Below, one piece after another: positions 23,832-37,700 of a stretch of 64,000 nucleotides of DNA (the first letter of the stretch is position 1; each line of letters begins with the position of its first letter). This DNA comes from Geosiphon pyriformis uo1 (lineage: Eukaryota > Fungi > Glomeromycota), in assembly GCA_016748015.1 (NCBI GenBank), contig JAAOMT010000134.1, forward strand, positions 998,757 to 1,062,756, given 5' to 3'. Position numbers and translations under genes: made by a program. Below the pieces are notes generated by a model. It saw only the letters and a list, made by a program, of their open reading frames with translations, was not told the DNA's origin and ran no database searches.

Positions 23832-26800
23832 TTAATAGCTTTTAGAGATTAATCTCTGCTTGCCGTTGAATAAAATGTCGGCATAATTTTTGAGTTGGCT
23901 GGAAACTTTTTCATGTTGCAACACCTCATTTAACGCACATTGAATTTTTTCGTTTAATGATGGACAATAAAAGAGAAATTCCAAGGTTTTCCGTTGAATA
24001 TGATATGGCAACATGGGGAAGGGTCCGAATATCGACCCTAATTAACCATAAGATCCCAAAGGTGAATTACAGGCCGACATAGCTTTGATAAATAAAGTGA
24101 GTATACCTTTGTTTGGAACATTTACAAAGAGGAAGGGAACAAATGCCATCTGAAGTTCATTAAAGGCCTGTTTAATATATAGAGTTGACACAAGCATTTT
24201 TAGATTATAATATGCAAAGATACAAAAAGACGGGAACGTTGGGCTACATTTACTCGCCTCTTTGTCAAATCCACCTTTCGTTCCTCGTTTAACAATATCA
24301 CACATAAATTGAAGAATTTTCTATTCATTATAATATAAAGGATTAAAATAATGATAAATCGATTCTAAACGCAGACACATATATTACCTCTGTAGTTTCA
24401 AGGTTATTGGATTTAAGCTCCCACAGTACTTTAGGGAGGCTCAGAAGCCAACGGCGTACCGAAGAGGAGAGTTTCGAATCGATATGAAAACTGCCAGTGG
24501 AAAAAGGATGACTTTGCAGCTAATAAAATGTTAGTAATAAGAATCAGTTTCATGAAAATAAAATAGAAATCTTCTTCCCTTCCCACCAAAATACCAGAAA
24601 ACTCTCAGCAATGAATTCAATACAAGTTCTCCTTGCGATGGATTGATTATGGCATTTGTTTGAATATTCAATTACAGCCTGGATTTACAAGAATCCTATG
24701 TTATTGATAAGTGACTACTTCAAACTAAGCCTCAAAAGCACTATCAACATAAAGTTGGTAATTGCCTGAAAAACTATTGATTGCTGCTCTTGATTCACAA
24801 GATTAAGCATACACCAAATAGTGGGAAATAATGTTGCAAAAATTTCTGGATTGAATTTTGGCAAGCCCCGTCCCATATTATCTCCTGGTTGCTAAATATA
24901 AAATCAGTTGTCATTTTTAATACTAAATTTAGAAAGTTGAAATCATACCTTCCAGCCCAAAATGTGCAAGACATATTCCCCAATTCGATCAACCAAAACG
25001 CGATGAAATGGAATCAGTTTTGTTTCGATACTACGCGGTGTTTTATTATTTGGGAGATGCGGGGTATGTGAATTACTGTGGTTGAATTCATCGTGGCCAT
25101 TAATGGCTAAAGAATACAGAGCTATCAATTCGCAAAATAGGATATTCATTTCTAAAAGGGTTGATTCGACCTTGGGAATAGCATTAATAATGAGCCTTGA
25201 TAATTGATACTTTTTAAAGATGCCTAATTTACCTTAGCATCATAATTCTGGAAAGTTTCCCAACCAAAGGGGAAATATATTGCGAGATGTTTCAAGAGCT
25301 GTTCCCCGTAAGTATCTATGAAAATCTTAGATTAGAGAATCAATTTAGATTTTGCTAGTTAAGATCTTGCCTCGCAAAAAGGCAACTTACCTTGGGCCCA
25401 GATTCAATCACAACGGCTTTCCAAATGATATCTAGAATTTTTATTATAAAATGGAGAATGCGCAGTGATGATGTTTGGTAGATAGACGCAGAAGCCGACC
25501 CAAAAACAGAGGGTGCAGCATCGAGCCACATTGAAAGAAGTACCGGATGAAGATAATTCAAATGATCCTAATACAAAGGAATTATGAGCCAAAGAATTGA
25601 AGAACAAGATCTTAGCTATAAGAATTATTGAATTATAATCAATTACCATAGAGCTGTGGAGCCGAGTCTTGATTGAAGAGATGTCGTCTTTGTTCAAGAA
25701 GTTTTCAGCTGTGTTAGTCGAAAAAGATGATGACCCGATATGAATACGTTCTGCTTTTAGAGCAGAGTTATTAGACTGAAATAAATTTATTTGATTTCTG
25801 GAGGAAGTCCACAGATCAGAACAATTCGAAATAAGGGAAGTTCTCAGCGGGTGGGGTGGTGAAAAATTAACCTTTGATATATGGAGATTTATTTAATTCA
25901 CATTGGTTTTGAAAAACAAATTCAAATAATATGAAAAATTGTTACAAAGTACTTTTCCATATGTTTTCTCCCAATCCACGATCGTCTCTTGGGTCTCTTT
26001 GTAGTGATCAAAAGACCGCTTTGATTCCTCATTTGATAAGAAATGCAAAAAATACCAGCGACTAATGAAAATTTTTGTCTTGCAAGTAAATCAAAAATTT
26101 TATTGTTATAATATCATTAAGAGAGATAAGTGAAAATTTCCTTACGAATTATTATTTTGCACCAATCCAGCTTCCAATAATGTTCGTAAGCTCTGCAAAA
26201 CATTTATTTTTGCCTGCAAAAATGAAAGATCTTTGTTTAGAACCTAGAGCCACAGAACTTGATAAATTCAATACAGAGAAGATCAACATAGTAACCTCGT
26301 GTGATAAAATTTCACTCCGAGTATTGGGAAATAATGGTTCTACTAAAATTATAGCATTCCGATTAATCTTTCTTGGAATCTCATAGTTTTATTTAATAAT
26401 ACAATTGATAACGAAGTTGGTTAGAACCTCTCACCCGAGAAAGGCTGATTGGGCGACATTCCTATGCTGGGATTTGATGTCAAAAGGTTGATGTAATTAG
26501 GGAGAATCTGGAAATCGAATGAGCCGTGGACTTTGGGTTAATCTATATTCACAAATTTTCTCATCATTGCCTATATAGTTATACCTTGTCCCAAAATCCA
26601 TTCACAATTACTTCAGGAGCAATCAATAACAACGTATTCATAAAATGAAGGGCATCAACTCTTATGTCATCATGTATGTGCGTCATTGCGGAACAGGTGT
26701 ATATAGTTAGAAGCGGAAAGAAAGGAATTAAGTCTACCTGATTGCCATATGTGATATAAATAAATTTTATAAAGTTATGAATCGAATAGTATTGGAAAAA

Positions 26801-27729
26801 AGAGCGGAAAACAATGGTTTACTTTTTTCAACCCGGGAAGGAACTCAGAAAAAAATGAGAAAAGGGACTTTCTAACATCTTTATCCTATTTAAATTAAAA
26901 AATTAATAAAGTTTCATTGAAAACAAGCAATTAGAATCCAAGATGTTTTACCTCATCAATGATAAGACAGATAGATGCGTTCAAAACCGTGCCTAGTGAA
27001 CTTGATAGTGCAGACGCGTGTTTTTTGAAGAGATCTTTAAGACCTTGAATCGCATCTTAGTAAAATCAAGATTGGTTTTTGATAAGAATTAGTCAAGAAT
27101 ACAAAGCACAAAACAATATGAAATTTTCGACCACCAAAAGCTTTAAAATTAAGCAAGCGAACTTTCTACCCATCAAACTTAAAATATATATTTTTTTAAT
27201 TAAATGTTTTAAATTTTATATGGATTTTATTTTTGTGGTTATTGTTTTGGGATAATTGCTTGTGCGAGATATTCACAATTACATATATATCCAAAAAAAA
27301 GGTAATACGATCAAATATAATTCACCTTTTCTCGTTCCAGAATTATGATGCCTAAATTGTATTAATAAGTCTTTTACCGTTAACTTCCTCGAGTTAGTGA
27401 TTGCTTTTGATTTGTCTTCACTGATGCTTTGAGTAGGTAAAAGAATTGCTGTGGATTGAAAATCTATTGTTTATATATAAGTTCATAACTTGGGGGATTC
27501 CGCAAGGAAAATTGTTTACCTCGTGATTTGAACGAAAGATCTGTATAATTGCTGGATTGTGGTTTCTTTTTGCCAACTTTTAGTTTGGCTTTCTACTGAG
27601 ACAGAAAGTCAATTCAAGAAGAGGCACAAGAAATAAAGAGCAAAAGCAATTGCATTTAGATCCACGTGAAAATTTTACTTTGAAATCTTCTTGCTTTGCT
27701 TTCCTCTTCCGTTGGCTTTTTTTTGGCAT
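23832..27729 (-). CDS. IPI1: Rix1-complex pre-rRNA processing protein IPI1/TEX10, multi-exon; 3' end approximate
   Basis: MPKKSQRKRKAKQEDFK|KTKLKVGKKKPQSSNYTDLSFKSR|AILLPTQSI...FRHHNSGTRK|DAIQGLKDL, CSAMTHIHDDIR, LHPVLLSMWLDAAP. Confidence 0.88.
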
Positions 27730-27919
27730 TTCGAATTCTTCGTATTTGAGTAAAAATTTCGGTGTCAGGGTATTATTATATGACACATTGATCACGTGGA
27801 ATCAGTGCTATAAATAAGGTCTTTCTCTCAAATTGGTTAACGAACCAAAGATCCTTCCTTCAAATAACAAATCTGCAAATCAGTTTAAACTTACAATTTT
27901 CGCTCTAGTCACAACGGTA
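27730..27919. promoter_or_regulatory. Compact bidirectional promoter between IPI1 and ING
   Basis: 190 bp between divergent ATGs; TCACGTG at 27792-27798 and TATAAATA at 27809-27816. Confidence 0.5.
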
Positions 27920-29354
27920 ATGACACAGAAAGAACTTACAACCGTCGTGCCTAAGGCTAATGCTAGTCGTGGTAGTGATTCCACAACAAGAAAAGAGAAA
28001 GACAACCTGGCATACCTTGATGATTATATGGATAGTAAGGAGTCTTCCCTATTATTTCATTCTTTTACGGGAACCTTTCCTCTTCGAGTTTTTAATTTTT
28101 TTCTTTTACAGCCATTGAAGCACTTCCCACTGAACTACAACGCAATTTTTCGCTGATGCGAGAATTGGATAGTCGCGCTTATAGTAAGAGGTTCAATTCG
28201 AAATCTACTTTAAGTTTATCCTAACTCAATCCAAATATTTTTAACATTAGATTTCATTTGCGTTTAGATTCTATGGAAGTTGTAGCTCAGCGTGCCGTGA
28301 ATTTGATAAACACTCTGCAAGACATGACCCCTTCCCAGAGAAAGGAAGAGCTACAGCAACTTGGCTTGGCCATGAATGATAGTCTTAAGAACGGCGAAGA
28401 GAAAGTTTCCCTAGCTACTTCAACATATGATACAGTAAAAGCCATTGCATTAAATCCAAATGGCTTTTAAGTTCAAATAACCTTAACAAATTCTGAATTT
28501 ATAGGTTGACCGCCACATTCGACGTCTTGATGATGACCTACAGAAGTTTGAAGACGAACAAATGACTGGTCCTGGTAGAATCAGTGCAACTGTTGCTGCG
28601 AATGCTTCAAAAGAAGATACCGTACGTAATAAGAACTCGAAAAGCGAAAAAGAAAAAAAAGAGAGTTCACGGACTGAAAGGCGCAATCAACAAGGTACCT
28701 ATTTTTCTTTTAATTTAGTTTGTTGATATTTTAGCCATTTTTAATAGCATTGCAACTTTTTTTCATCTCATTCTTCACTTACCTTGAGTCTCGCTGTTTT
28801 TTACAGCCCCAGAGGCACCAGCTCCTAAAAGTAATGAATAATTTTCTAATAAAATGCTAGTTTGTTATCGGAGAGTATATAATCTAACGCTTATTATTTA
28901 TAAAAAGGACGTAAACCCGTCAAAGATAATGGTACTCCACCTCCATCCACCGCACGTGCCAGTCAAGGAGAGAGGGATCGAGAAAAGTCTAAACCGAAGG
29001 CCCGAACCCAGCCAAAAGCAAATTCTAAACCGAAATCTGCTAAGATGTGTGTCATTTTTTTTCCACTTACCATCCAAGTGAATTTATCGAATAATATATT
29101 ATCAATGAACATTTAGTACTACCAATGGAGGAAGTAGCAACAGTACAACACAGCCAAATGATATGCCAATCGATCCCAATGAACCTGTCTATTGTTATTG
29201 CCAACAAGTCAGTTATGGTGACATGGTCGCTTGTGACAATGGCGAATGTAAAATTGAATGGTTCCATTATGCTTGCGTTGAGCTTAAAGGCCCACCAAAA
29301 GGTAAATGGTATTGCAAAGAATGTTTGGAGAAACTCAAGAAGCAAAGGCGTTGA
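27920..29354 (+). CDS. Inhibitor-of-growth (ING/Yng2/Pho23 family) PHD-finger chromatin protein, multi-exon
   Basis: [50 protein letters not shown], and [39 protein letters not shown]...WYCKEC. Confidence 0.93.
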
Positions 29355-29898
29355 TCACGGTATTTCGATTTTTCTATACTATTTTTTTATATTCACATCA
29401 TCTGTACAACTTTCCTTTCATTTTTAATTCATTGAATGAAATCTTCTCATATATTAATTAGATTTGAATATTTTCTTGAATTTTCACTCGATACTTTGGT
29501 GGATCTCATATTATTCTCATTTTTGTTCGTAGCAAACTTACTAGTCAAACACTTACATCTGATCTCTGACTTAAATTACATGGTAAATAATTTATTGGCG
29601 ACGTCCAAAGATTTTAAAAATATTACGCGTGAAAAATTTTCATATCTCTTATCTGTTGTTTAATAATTCCGCGTCTATGCGGTTGACCAATCATTATAAG
29701 TTTGATAACTTAATTTGATCATCAGGTCCAGTAGTTGGTATCAAATTGACCAAGGGGGTCAAGCCTGGTGCGACTGGACACCAGTTCGCAACCACAAAAT
29801 TACAACGAAAAGGGATAAAACGACTACTCCGTTCTTCTATACTAGAAATAAGCAAAATTTTCGATTCTCATCTTTTCCTTTAAAACTATATTTATATA

Positions 29899-32707
29899 AT
29901 GAATGCCGAAGTAGAAGGAGATGACTCACTTTACCCAATTGCCGTACTTCTGGACGAGTTGAGAGCTGACGATGTCAACTTTCGACTCAATGCGATTAGA
30001 CGCCTTTCTACAATTGCTTTAGCTCTTGGAGTTCAAAGAACGCGTGTTGAACTCATACCCTTCCTTGATGGTAAGTACCGGGGACACTCATCACCCACTT
30101 AAACCCTTTTTCACGTTGGTAAGAATTTCAAAGGCTTCCCCGAGACAAAACTCCTTTTTCGAGAGCTATTGATTTTTATTTTAAGAGGAGAAATCATGTC
30201 AATTTACAAATTTGGTTCTTAGAAAAAGATGAAATGACGAAATTGAACTCTTCAAAACTTATGCTTTCATGTATTATGAAGCAATCAATTAACAACTTTG
30301 AATTACTATCCTATTCGATGACAGTCAATTAATTCCTTCTCAATTACAGAATCTATTGATGATGAAGATGAAGTTCTTCTTGCTTTGGCGGAAGAGTTAG
30401 GTAGTTTTGTAGAATATGTTGGCGGGAAAGACTTTGGGCACGTTATTTTGAATCCACTCGAGAATTTAGCTGCCGTTGAGGAGACATTGGTGCGAGAAAA
30501 GGTATGGATTAAGGACAATTTCCATTTTTAGTAAGCCACACGATAATCAAGACACAGTATTATAGGCCGTCGAATCCTTGACAAAAATTGCTGAAGTCCT
30601 TTCCCAACAACAAATTGAAGAGTATTATATACCTCTTCTCAAGCGTTTAAGTGTTGGTGATTGGTTCACTAGTCGTACAAGTGCATGTGGTTTATTTGCA
30701 GCTGGCTATGAAATGGCAACACCAGCCACCCAGGAAGAATTGCGGAATATCTTTAAAAAATTGGCTCAAGACGATACACCGATGGTGCGAAGGGCTGCCG
30801 CTTCAAATTTAGGGGTATGGGTATAATCAATCATTGATAATTCCGAAGCTTTCATTTGTGCCTTTTAATGCATTGATTGATTTCTAAAATATCATAATTT
30901 ATTGCTATATTTTTGCCGGGAAAGAAATTCGCAAAAAAAATTCCAAAAGATATAGTGATTGCCGATATTATTCCCGTTTTCAGTAAACTCGCTCAAGATG
31001 AGCAAGATTCAGTGCGATTATTAACCGTCGAGGATTTGGTAGCTATTGCTGAAATTTTAACTAAAGAAGAAAGCAAATCGTATCTTCTACATACTTTAAG
31101 GAGTATGGTGTCAGACAAGAGTTGGAGAGTTCGATACATGATTGCTGAAAATTTCGTGAAGGTTTGTTGATTAACTAAATCTTACGTATGCTTTGTAAAA
31201 TTAGTATTGCACACAGATAATTAAAAGAATTTCAGATAGCGAAAGCTGTCGGAGAGGAAGTAACGCGGGATGATTTGGTTCGTGCTTTCGTTCATTTGTT
31301 GAAAGATAATGAAGCCGAAGTCCGGACTGCTGCTTCGGGTCAAGTTCCAGGTATTTTCATAAATTTATTTAGTCGTTTTTATGAGAATTATTTAATTTAA
31401 ATCTGAAATTTCTGCATTCATTAATCATGCAGGGTTTGCGCAATATGTTGATAAGCAAACTATTCTCGCGCACATTTTGCCATGTGTAAAAGATTTAGTT
31501 ACTGATACTTCTCAGCATGTCCGAGCAAGTTTGGCCAACCAAATAAGCGGGCTAGCCCCAATTTTAGGCAAAGAAGCGTATGTGATGTCGTGATCATATA
31601 TTCCATCAATAGTTTGTTTCTTACTTTCTAAATCAATGATTTGTACAACATATTAGTACAACGGAACATCTGTTGCCCTTGTTCCTACAGTTGTTGAAAG
31701 ATGAATTTCCTGATGTGAGATTGAATATTATCTCTAAACTTGAACAAGTTAATGAGGGTAATAATTTTTATATTATCTTTGTGAATGTTCCATTCTTATT
31801 CTCATATCAACCGCAATTTTTTAGTCATCGGAATTGAGCTCTTATCACAAAATCTTTTACCTGCCATCGTTGAGCTTGCAGAAGATAAACAATGGCGCGT
31901 TCGTCTTGCCATTATTGACTATATTCCACTTCTAGCCAGTCAATTGGGGGTTGCCTTCTTTGACGAAAAACTTGGAAATCTCTGCATGTCCTGGTTGGGA
32001 GATCCTGTATTTTCTATCCGTGAGGCCGCTACAGTTAATTTAAAAAAATTGACAGAGGTTTTTGGCGTTGAGTGGGCAAAGACAACGATTATACCCAAAG
32101 TCTTGGCCATGGGAAATCATCCAAATTATTTGTATAGGATGACAACGATTTTCGCAATCACGGTAACTATGGATTCTTTCCCAATATGTGAGATTGTTTA
32201 AAGAATTGATAATCGTGCTAACAAATGATCTTTTTAATAGACGATGGCACCTGCTGTTACCCCAGAAGTCATCCGAGATTATATTCTTCCTACAGTGAAT
32301 AACCTTGTATCCGATCCCATCCCAAATATTCGTTTTAATGTCGCCAAATCGTATGAGGTCTTAATACCAGTGTTGAAGCAAAGCCCAGAAACAGTTGTGC
32401 TACTAGAAACACAAGTAAAACCTGCTTTAGAAAAGTTTCGGGAGGATTCAGACGCCGATGTTAAATATTTCGCTGAGAAGGCACTACTTGCAGGTGGGTG
32501 AATTAAGATTAACATGTTTCATATCCATACATTTTGACTTTACTTAGGAACTTCCCATTTGTATCCTACTCATTTTACAACCAAATAAAAAAATGTAATT
32601 AGTTCAATAGCACATTATAAGATTTTTCTAGTTTGTCGAATTTGTTTTCAATCATTTGATACTTTTTTTTTATTCTTTGGGTCACTACAGGTTATCAACA
32701 ACAATAG
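29899..32707 (+). CDS. TPD3: Protein phosphatase 2A scaffold (A) subunit, HEAT repeats, multi-exon; last exon tentative
   Basis: [77 protein letters not shown]. Confidence 0.97.
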
Positions 32708-33179
32708 GCTTCAGCAGGCAAGAAGAAAATGTTAGTAAATTATAAAGGAGCGTCGCCGCGTGTTTTTCGTATTTTTATTTGAATTTTGTATAGAAAAACC
32801 CTACGAAAAACTAGATTTGGCGCGCGTACATTCCATTCTTTGTGTTTAATTTGATCCGGACAATTTTCTCCTGGTGTAATAACAATATTGTCGTGGAGGT
32901 TGTGCGTTGTTCAAGTTGGATTCCCTATAGAGATTTCTATGAATGAAAAATATTGGTGAGTATGGTTGGGCTTGTATCCATCGATATCTTGATTTTTAGA
33001 ATTGTGGATGGGAACATTTGGCCACATTAGAGGTCGGAATGGTCTGTTTTTGGACCTGCTCATTTCAAATAAAGATTTTTCTGAATGTTTTGAAGGGGGC
33101 TTCATTTCAATTTAGAATATTATCCAAAATCGGGTTTAATATTCAATTTAATTTTGTTCATACGTATTGTAAATATTAA

Positions 33180-34740
33180 TAAAGAATGAAATCATAAATA
33201 TCACATTATTAAAGGCCTAAATATTTAACATATAAATGTTATTAATTATAAAATATAAATTTAATTATTAAAAAAAAATTTTTATATAGTTTTTGTTTAC
33301 CAAAAAATTTCATCTAAGCAACAATATGGTTTAATTACTATTTATTCAGCACCATATAAGATATTATAAATGTAGTTGATGTATTTTTTACACATAATCA
33401 GTTTGTTAAAAACATAAGTTAATTAAAAACTAAAAAACAAAACAATAAATTAAATTCTTCTTAAAACAAATTTACTTATTTAAAATTAAGCAGTTTTTTA
33501 AAAAGTATTTACAACAGTCTTTTTTATTATTATTTATATTATTATATTATTAAATATATATTTCAAGATTTTTTTTAACTTTTGCATAAATTGATTAAAA
33601 ATTTATTCTTATTAATTAAAAAATAATTAAATAAAGTAACTTTTGTATTTAACTTAAAAAAACCAATTTAAGTTTAAATTTTGTATTAAATACAATAAAA
33701 CAAAATATAACAAATTTATACATATAAAATAAATTTAATAAATTAATTTATAATAATTTTAAACATAATAAATAACTTAAAAACAGACTTTAACAAACCA
33801 AAAAAAATGATTTTATAAACCAAACCAAATAATTTATATTTTGTTATTTGTAATAATATTAATATTTAAAAAAATTTTATTAAACATAAATTTTAAGTTT
33901 TTAAAATAAATAATAATATATTATTATAAAATAATTTACTTGCTAAAAAAATTTAAACTAATAATTAAGTTTTTAAGCAGTAAAAATTTATATAGTATTA
34001 ATTTAATATTAATATATAATTTTTATTTTTATAATATGTATAATTTAAGTAATTTTACTGTAATTTATAAGAATTTAAAAAATACAAATTTAATTATTAT
34101 TAATAAGTTTTTAAAAAAATTTGGTATATATAATATTGTTTATAATATTTTGGTTTTTTTGCAGATTTAAATTTAAAAATTAATGTTAAAATAAATAATT
34201 TTGGTTTTATTAACAATAATTAAATTATAAACAATTATATTAACTTAAAATATATTTTAATTATAAGCAATATATTAATAAGTTTAAATAGTTAGATAAC
34301 TTTAAATATATATATATATTAAATTAGATTTAATATTATTAAATAAAAAATAATACATAATAAATATAATTAATAATAAAACTTAATATTATCTAACTTA
34401 AAATTAAAGATTATTTTGGTGTTTTTAAAAACAAATATGCTGATAAATTTATTATTTTTAACTTAATTGCTTTAAAAAATTTTTGTTAAAACTAATAATA
34501 CAATAATTTTTAAATTTTATTTAAAAATATTTGTTAAATTTATTAAAAAATTGGTTTTAATATTAATATTATTAATAAAATTATAATAAAAAATATAGAT
34601 TAAATTTATATTTTTTTGGTATAATATTCTAATTAACATATAATTTTAAGTTTATAAATAAGTTTTTATTAATTTGTATATATTTTTTTATTATTATTTT
34701 ATAAGTGCAGTTTAATTATTATTTAATATATAGAAACAAA
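33180..34740. repeat. AT-rich desert / degenerate TE relic
   Basis: Almost only A/T; marks the transition from the gene island to the TE block. Confidence 0.6.
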
Positions 34741-34744
34741 TTAA

Positions 34745-37700
34745 ATATATTAAACTAAATATGACTTATGTGCTTACTATATATAACTAGTTATTCAAGT
34801 CAATCAAAACCATACTATACACTCATATTAACTCTTAATTTATTATCTAAACTTGAAAAAAATAAACAAATTTTGCATAATTTAAAATTAATAGTAAATA
34901 ATTCAATAATCTCAAATATATGAATTATTTTAGATAAAAAAAATTCAGACAGATTATTGTATGTCTTAGACAGAATTTCTGTGTCTTTTACTAAACCATT
35001 TTTTTTTATATTAACCTTATATTTAAAACTAAAATTCATAATCTACTATAATATGCATTAGTCAAATATTGAATAAAATTAACCATTATTATCATAATAT
35101 TTTTTTTATTCTTAATCCTAGAAACAGCTTTGCTAATCCAATTCTTGAAAACAAACTCTTTACATAAAATTTTATAAATGTTAACATCTAATATCTTTAA
35201 TAAAAGAGTACACAATATTAAAAAAGTTAGTAAAAAACAAGATTTTATCAAGAAAAGCCACAATTTGGCATAATTTAACAAACTTTCAGAATGTGTTAAA
35301 GTGTTTTTTGAACAGATAAAAACATGATCAAATAGTTTAACATTACTATAAAACAAACACAATATATCTGAATACTTTATGTCATAAAGTCTTTTTTTAA
35401 TTATAGTTGGCAATTTGTTATAAACTGTTTTTATTAAATATGTGTAGAAAATTATTGAAAATCTGCTAGTGTAATCAGAAAACATATGAAAATCAGAGTG
35501 CTATACTGAAGCAATACAGTGCCAATCAATAGTCTAAATAAAAGAGTTTTGTAAAATTCTCATATCTGAATCCACCTTTTATTAAGCATAATTAATTATC
35601 TAATATATATTGTGAACAAAATATTAAGCATTGTCCAAAACAATTGATCCATCTACCAAAATAAATTTTTTATATATATCAGTAAGTAAAAAAATACAGA
35701 ACTGTATCATAATACTTGTAAAACTATCAGCTTTATCATTGTCAACATTTTCTAAATGGTTTTTGATTTTTATCTACTTAACAAAAATATTTTTAAATCT
35801 AATTAAATTAGCCACATAATATCTTTTAATTTAGTATTTATTTCGGAAATCAGATACAAATAACATAAACTTTAATATATATGCATTTATGGCAGCTTGG
35901 CTGTTTGTATATAAAACCATTAAGCATAATAAGAAGACATATTCTAAAGCTAAAGTGATAGTTTGCAATTTCAATAATGTTGATAATAACAAATTAAAAA
36001 CTTTTATACCAAAATCTACTTCAATCTTAGAAAAATACACTGCTGTTCTACTTGCCACATTAATAGTATCTAAATTGTACAGAAAATTATTAGTGTAAAC
36101 ATCAACTTCTCTTGCCTAAAGTTTATATAAATACTCTCAAACATCCAAGAATTTACTCAAGCTATAAAATTCCAAACTGTTAAGATTAAAGCTGTATTTA
36201 ATAAAATTAACAGAAGAGTTGTTTATATAATTAGCAGTTTTCACAAATTATATTGACATAGAGCTTTTTGAACTCAGTTTTTTTTAATAATAAAAGGTCT
36301 TCTAATTCATAATAGAACCATGTTTGTTCAATAATTTATTATTACAACCAATGCCAAAATGTTTTAAAGAGTAAATTACATTAAAGTAACATAAACCACC
36401 CAAAATTTTTAACATAGAAAAGCAATCAAAGAATCAGAATACACAAGATAACTCATTTGCCAAAGAAATATTATTATCCAAAAAAAATTTTATTATGCCT
36501 GTCAGAAAATTGTTTATGAGATAGACTTTCAATTTAACAGAAAATTGTAATAGATTTTTTGGTATTCAGTTTATAATTTGCAAATCCAGAAATTGATACA
36601 CAAATAGACTACTAAGAATTTCTGTTATATTAGAGAACCAAATTAATAAAACTATCTTGTCTTCAGCCTAGAGCTGTTTAAATAATTTAAGCCTATTGTT
36701 ACCCAAGTAGAAAAACTGATCCAAAGTTATGAAAAAACGTGACCAAAACGTAACATAACACAGAATATCATGCAATAATGTTGGATAACATGTTATAACT
36801 TAGAATAACATAGGATAACACAAAATAACATGTAATAACACCAAATAACATATTATAACATAAGATAACTAGTAATAACATAAAAAAACAAAGCAATTAC
36901 AAAAATAGCAAAGCAATAGTTAGCAATAACAGAACAATCAGAAGTAATTTTGTAAAACAAAAAGAATGTATAAAATGAGTAGCTGTAAAAGTTAGAAAGA
37001 CATCCAGAGAGAAAATTAGACTTTTAGAAATTAATTAAACTCTTAGAGTCAATTAGACTTACAAGTCATAATTATTAAATACTCTTCCTTTCAAAAATAA
37101 TTGCTATCAACCAAAATAGAATTATATCAATAAAATATCCCTTTAATTCTTCAAATCCATGTTATTATTCATTACTTAATCTGCTGGCACAATAACTCTT
37201 GATCACAGCTATTGACAGGACACTTATTTCTTATTTTTATTTTCTTTATTTTCTTTATTTTCTTTTATTTTCTTTTTTTTTCTTTTTTTTTTTTTTTTTC
37301 TTTTGGAATGGCAACATAAAAAAATTGACTGTTTGGAAATAGACTTCATAATAGCCTGGTAAAAGAGGGAGGCTCCCCCTAGATTTTGGATATTAACATT
37401 ATCTTGATAGCTTACCAGAAAGGCAAAAAGACAATACCAGACCCTAATGACTGTGCTTGTTAGCTCGGAGAAGAAAGCTTACATTTACAGAAAATGTTGC
37501 AATTGACAAAAAACAAACTCTGTGCCTTATAACCAAAGAACTCAACAGGTAAATTTACATCCAGAAATAGATCTTTAGAGACTGATAACCAAGATTAAGC
37601 CAACAGAATTATGTGGAAGATGCATCCCCAATAATTGAGAGCACCAAATGTTATTAGTTCCATTACTTACAAAATTTACCTGTAACACCATAAAATAATA

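Noticed and set aside
13409-29630. Scattered ACGCGT (MCB-like) sites
   Set aside because: Few, partly in coding sequence, and not clearly above chance.
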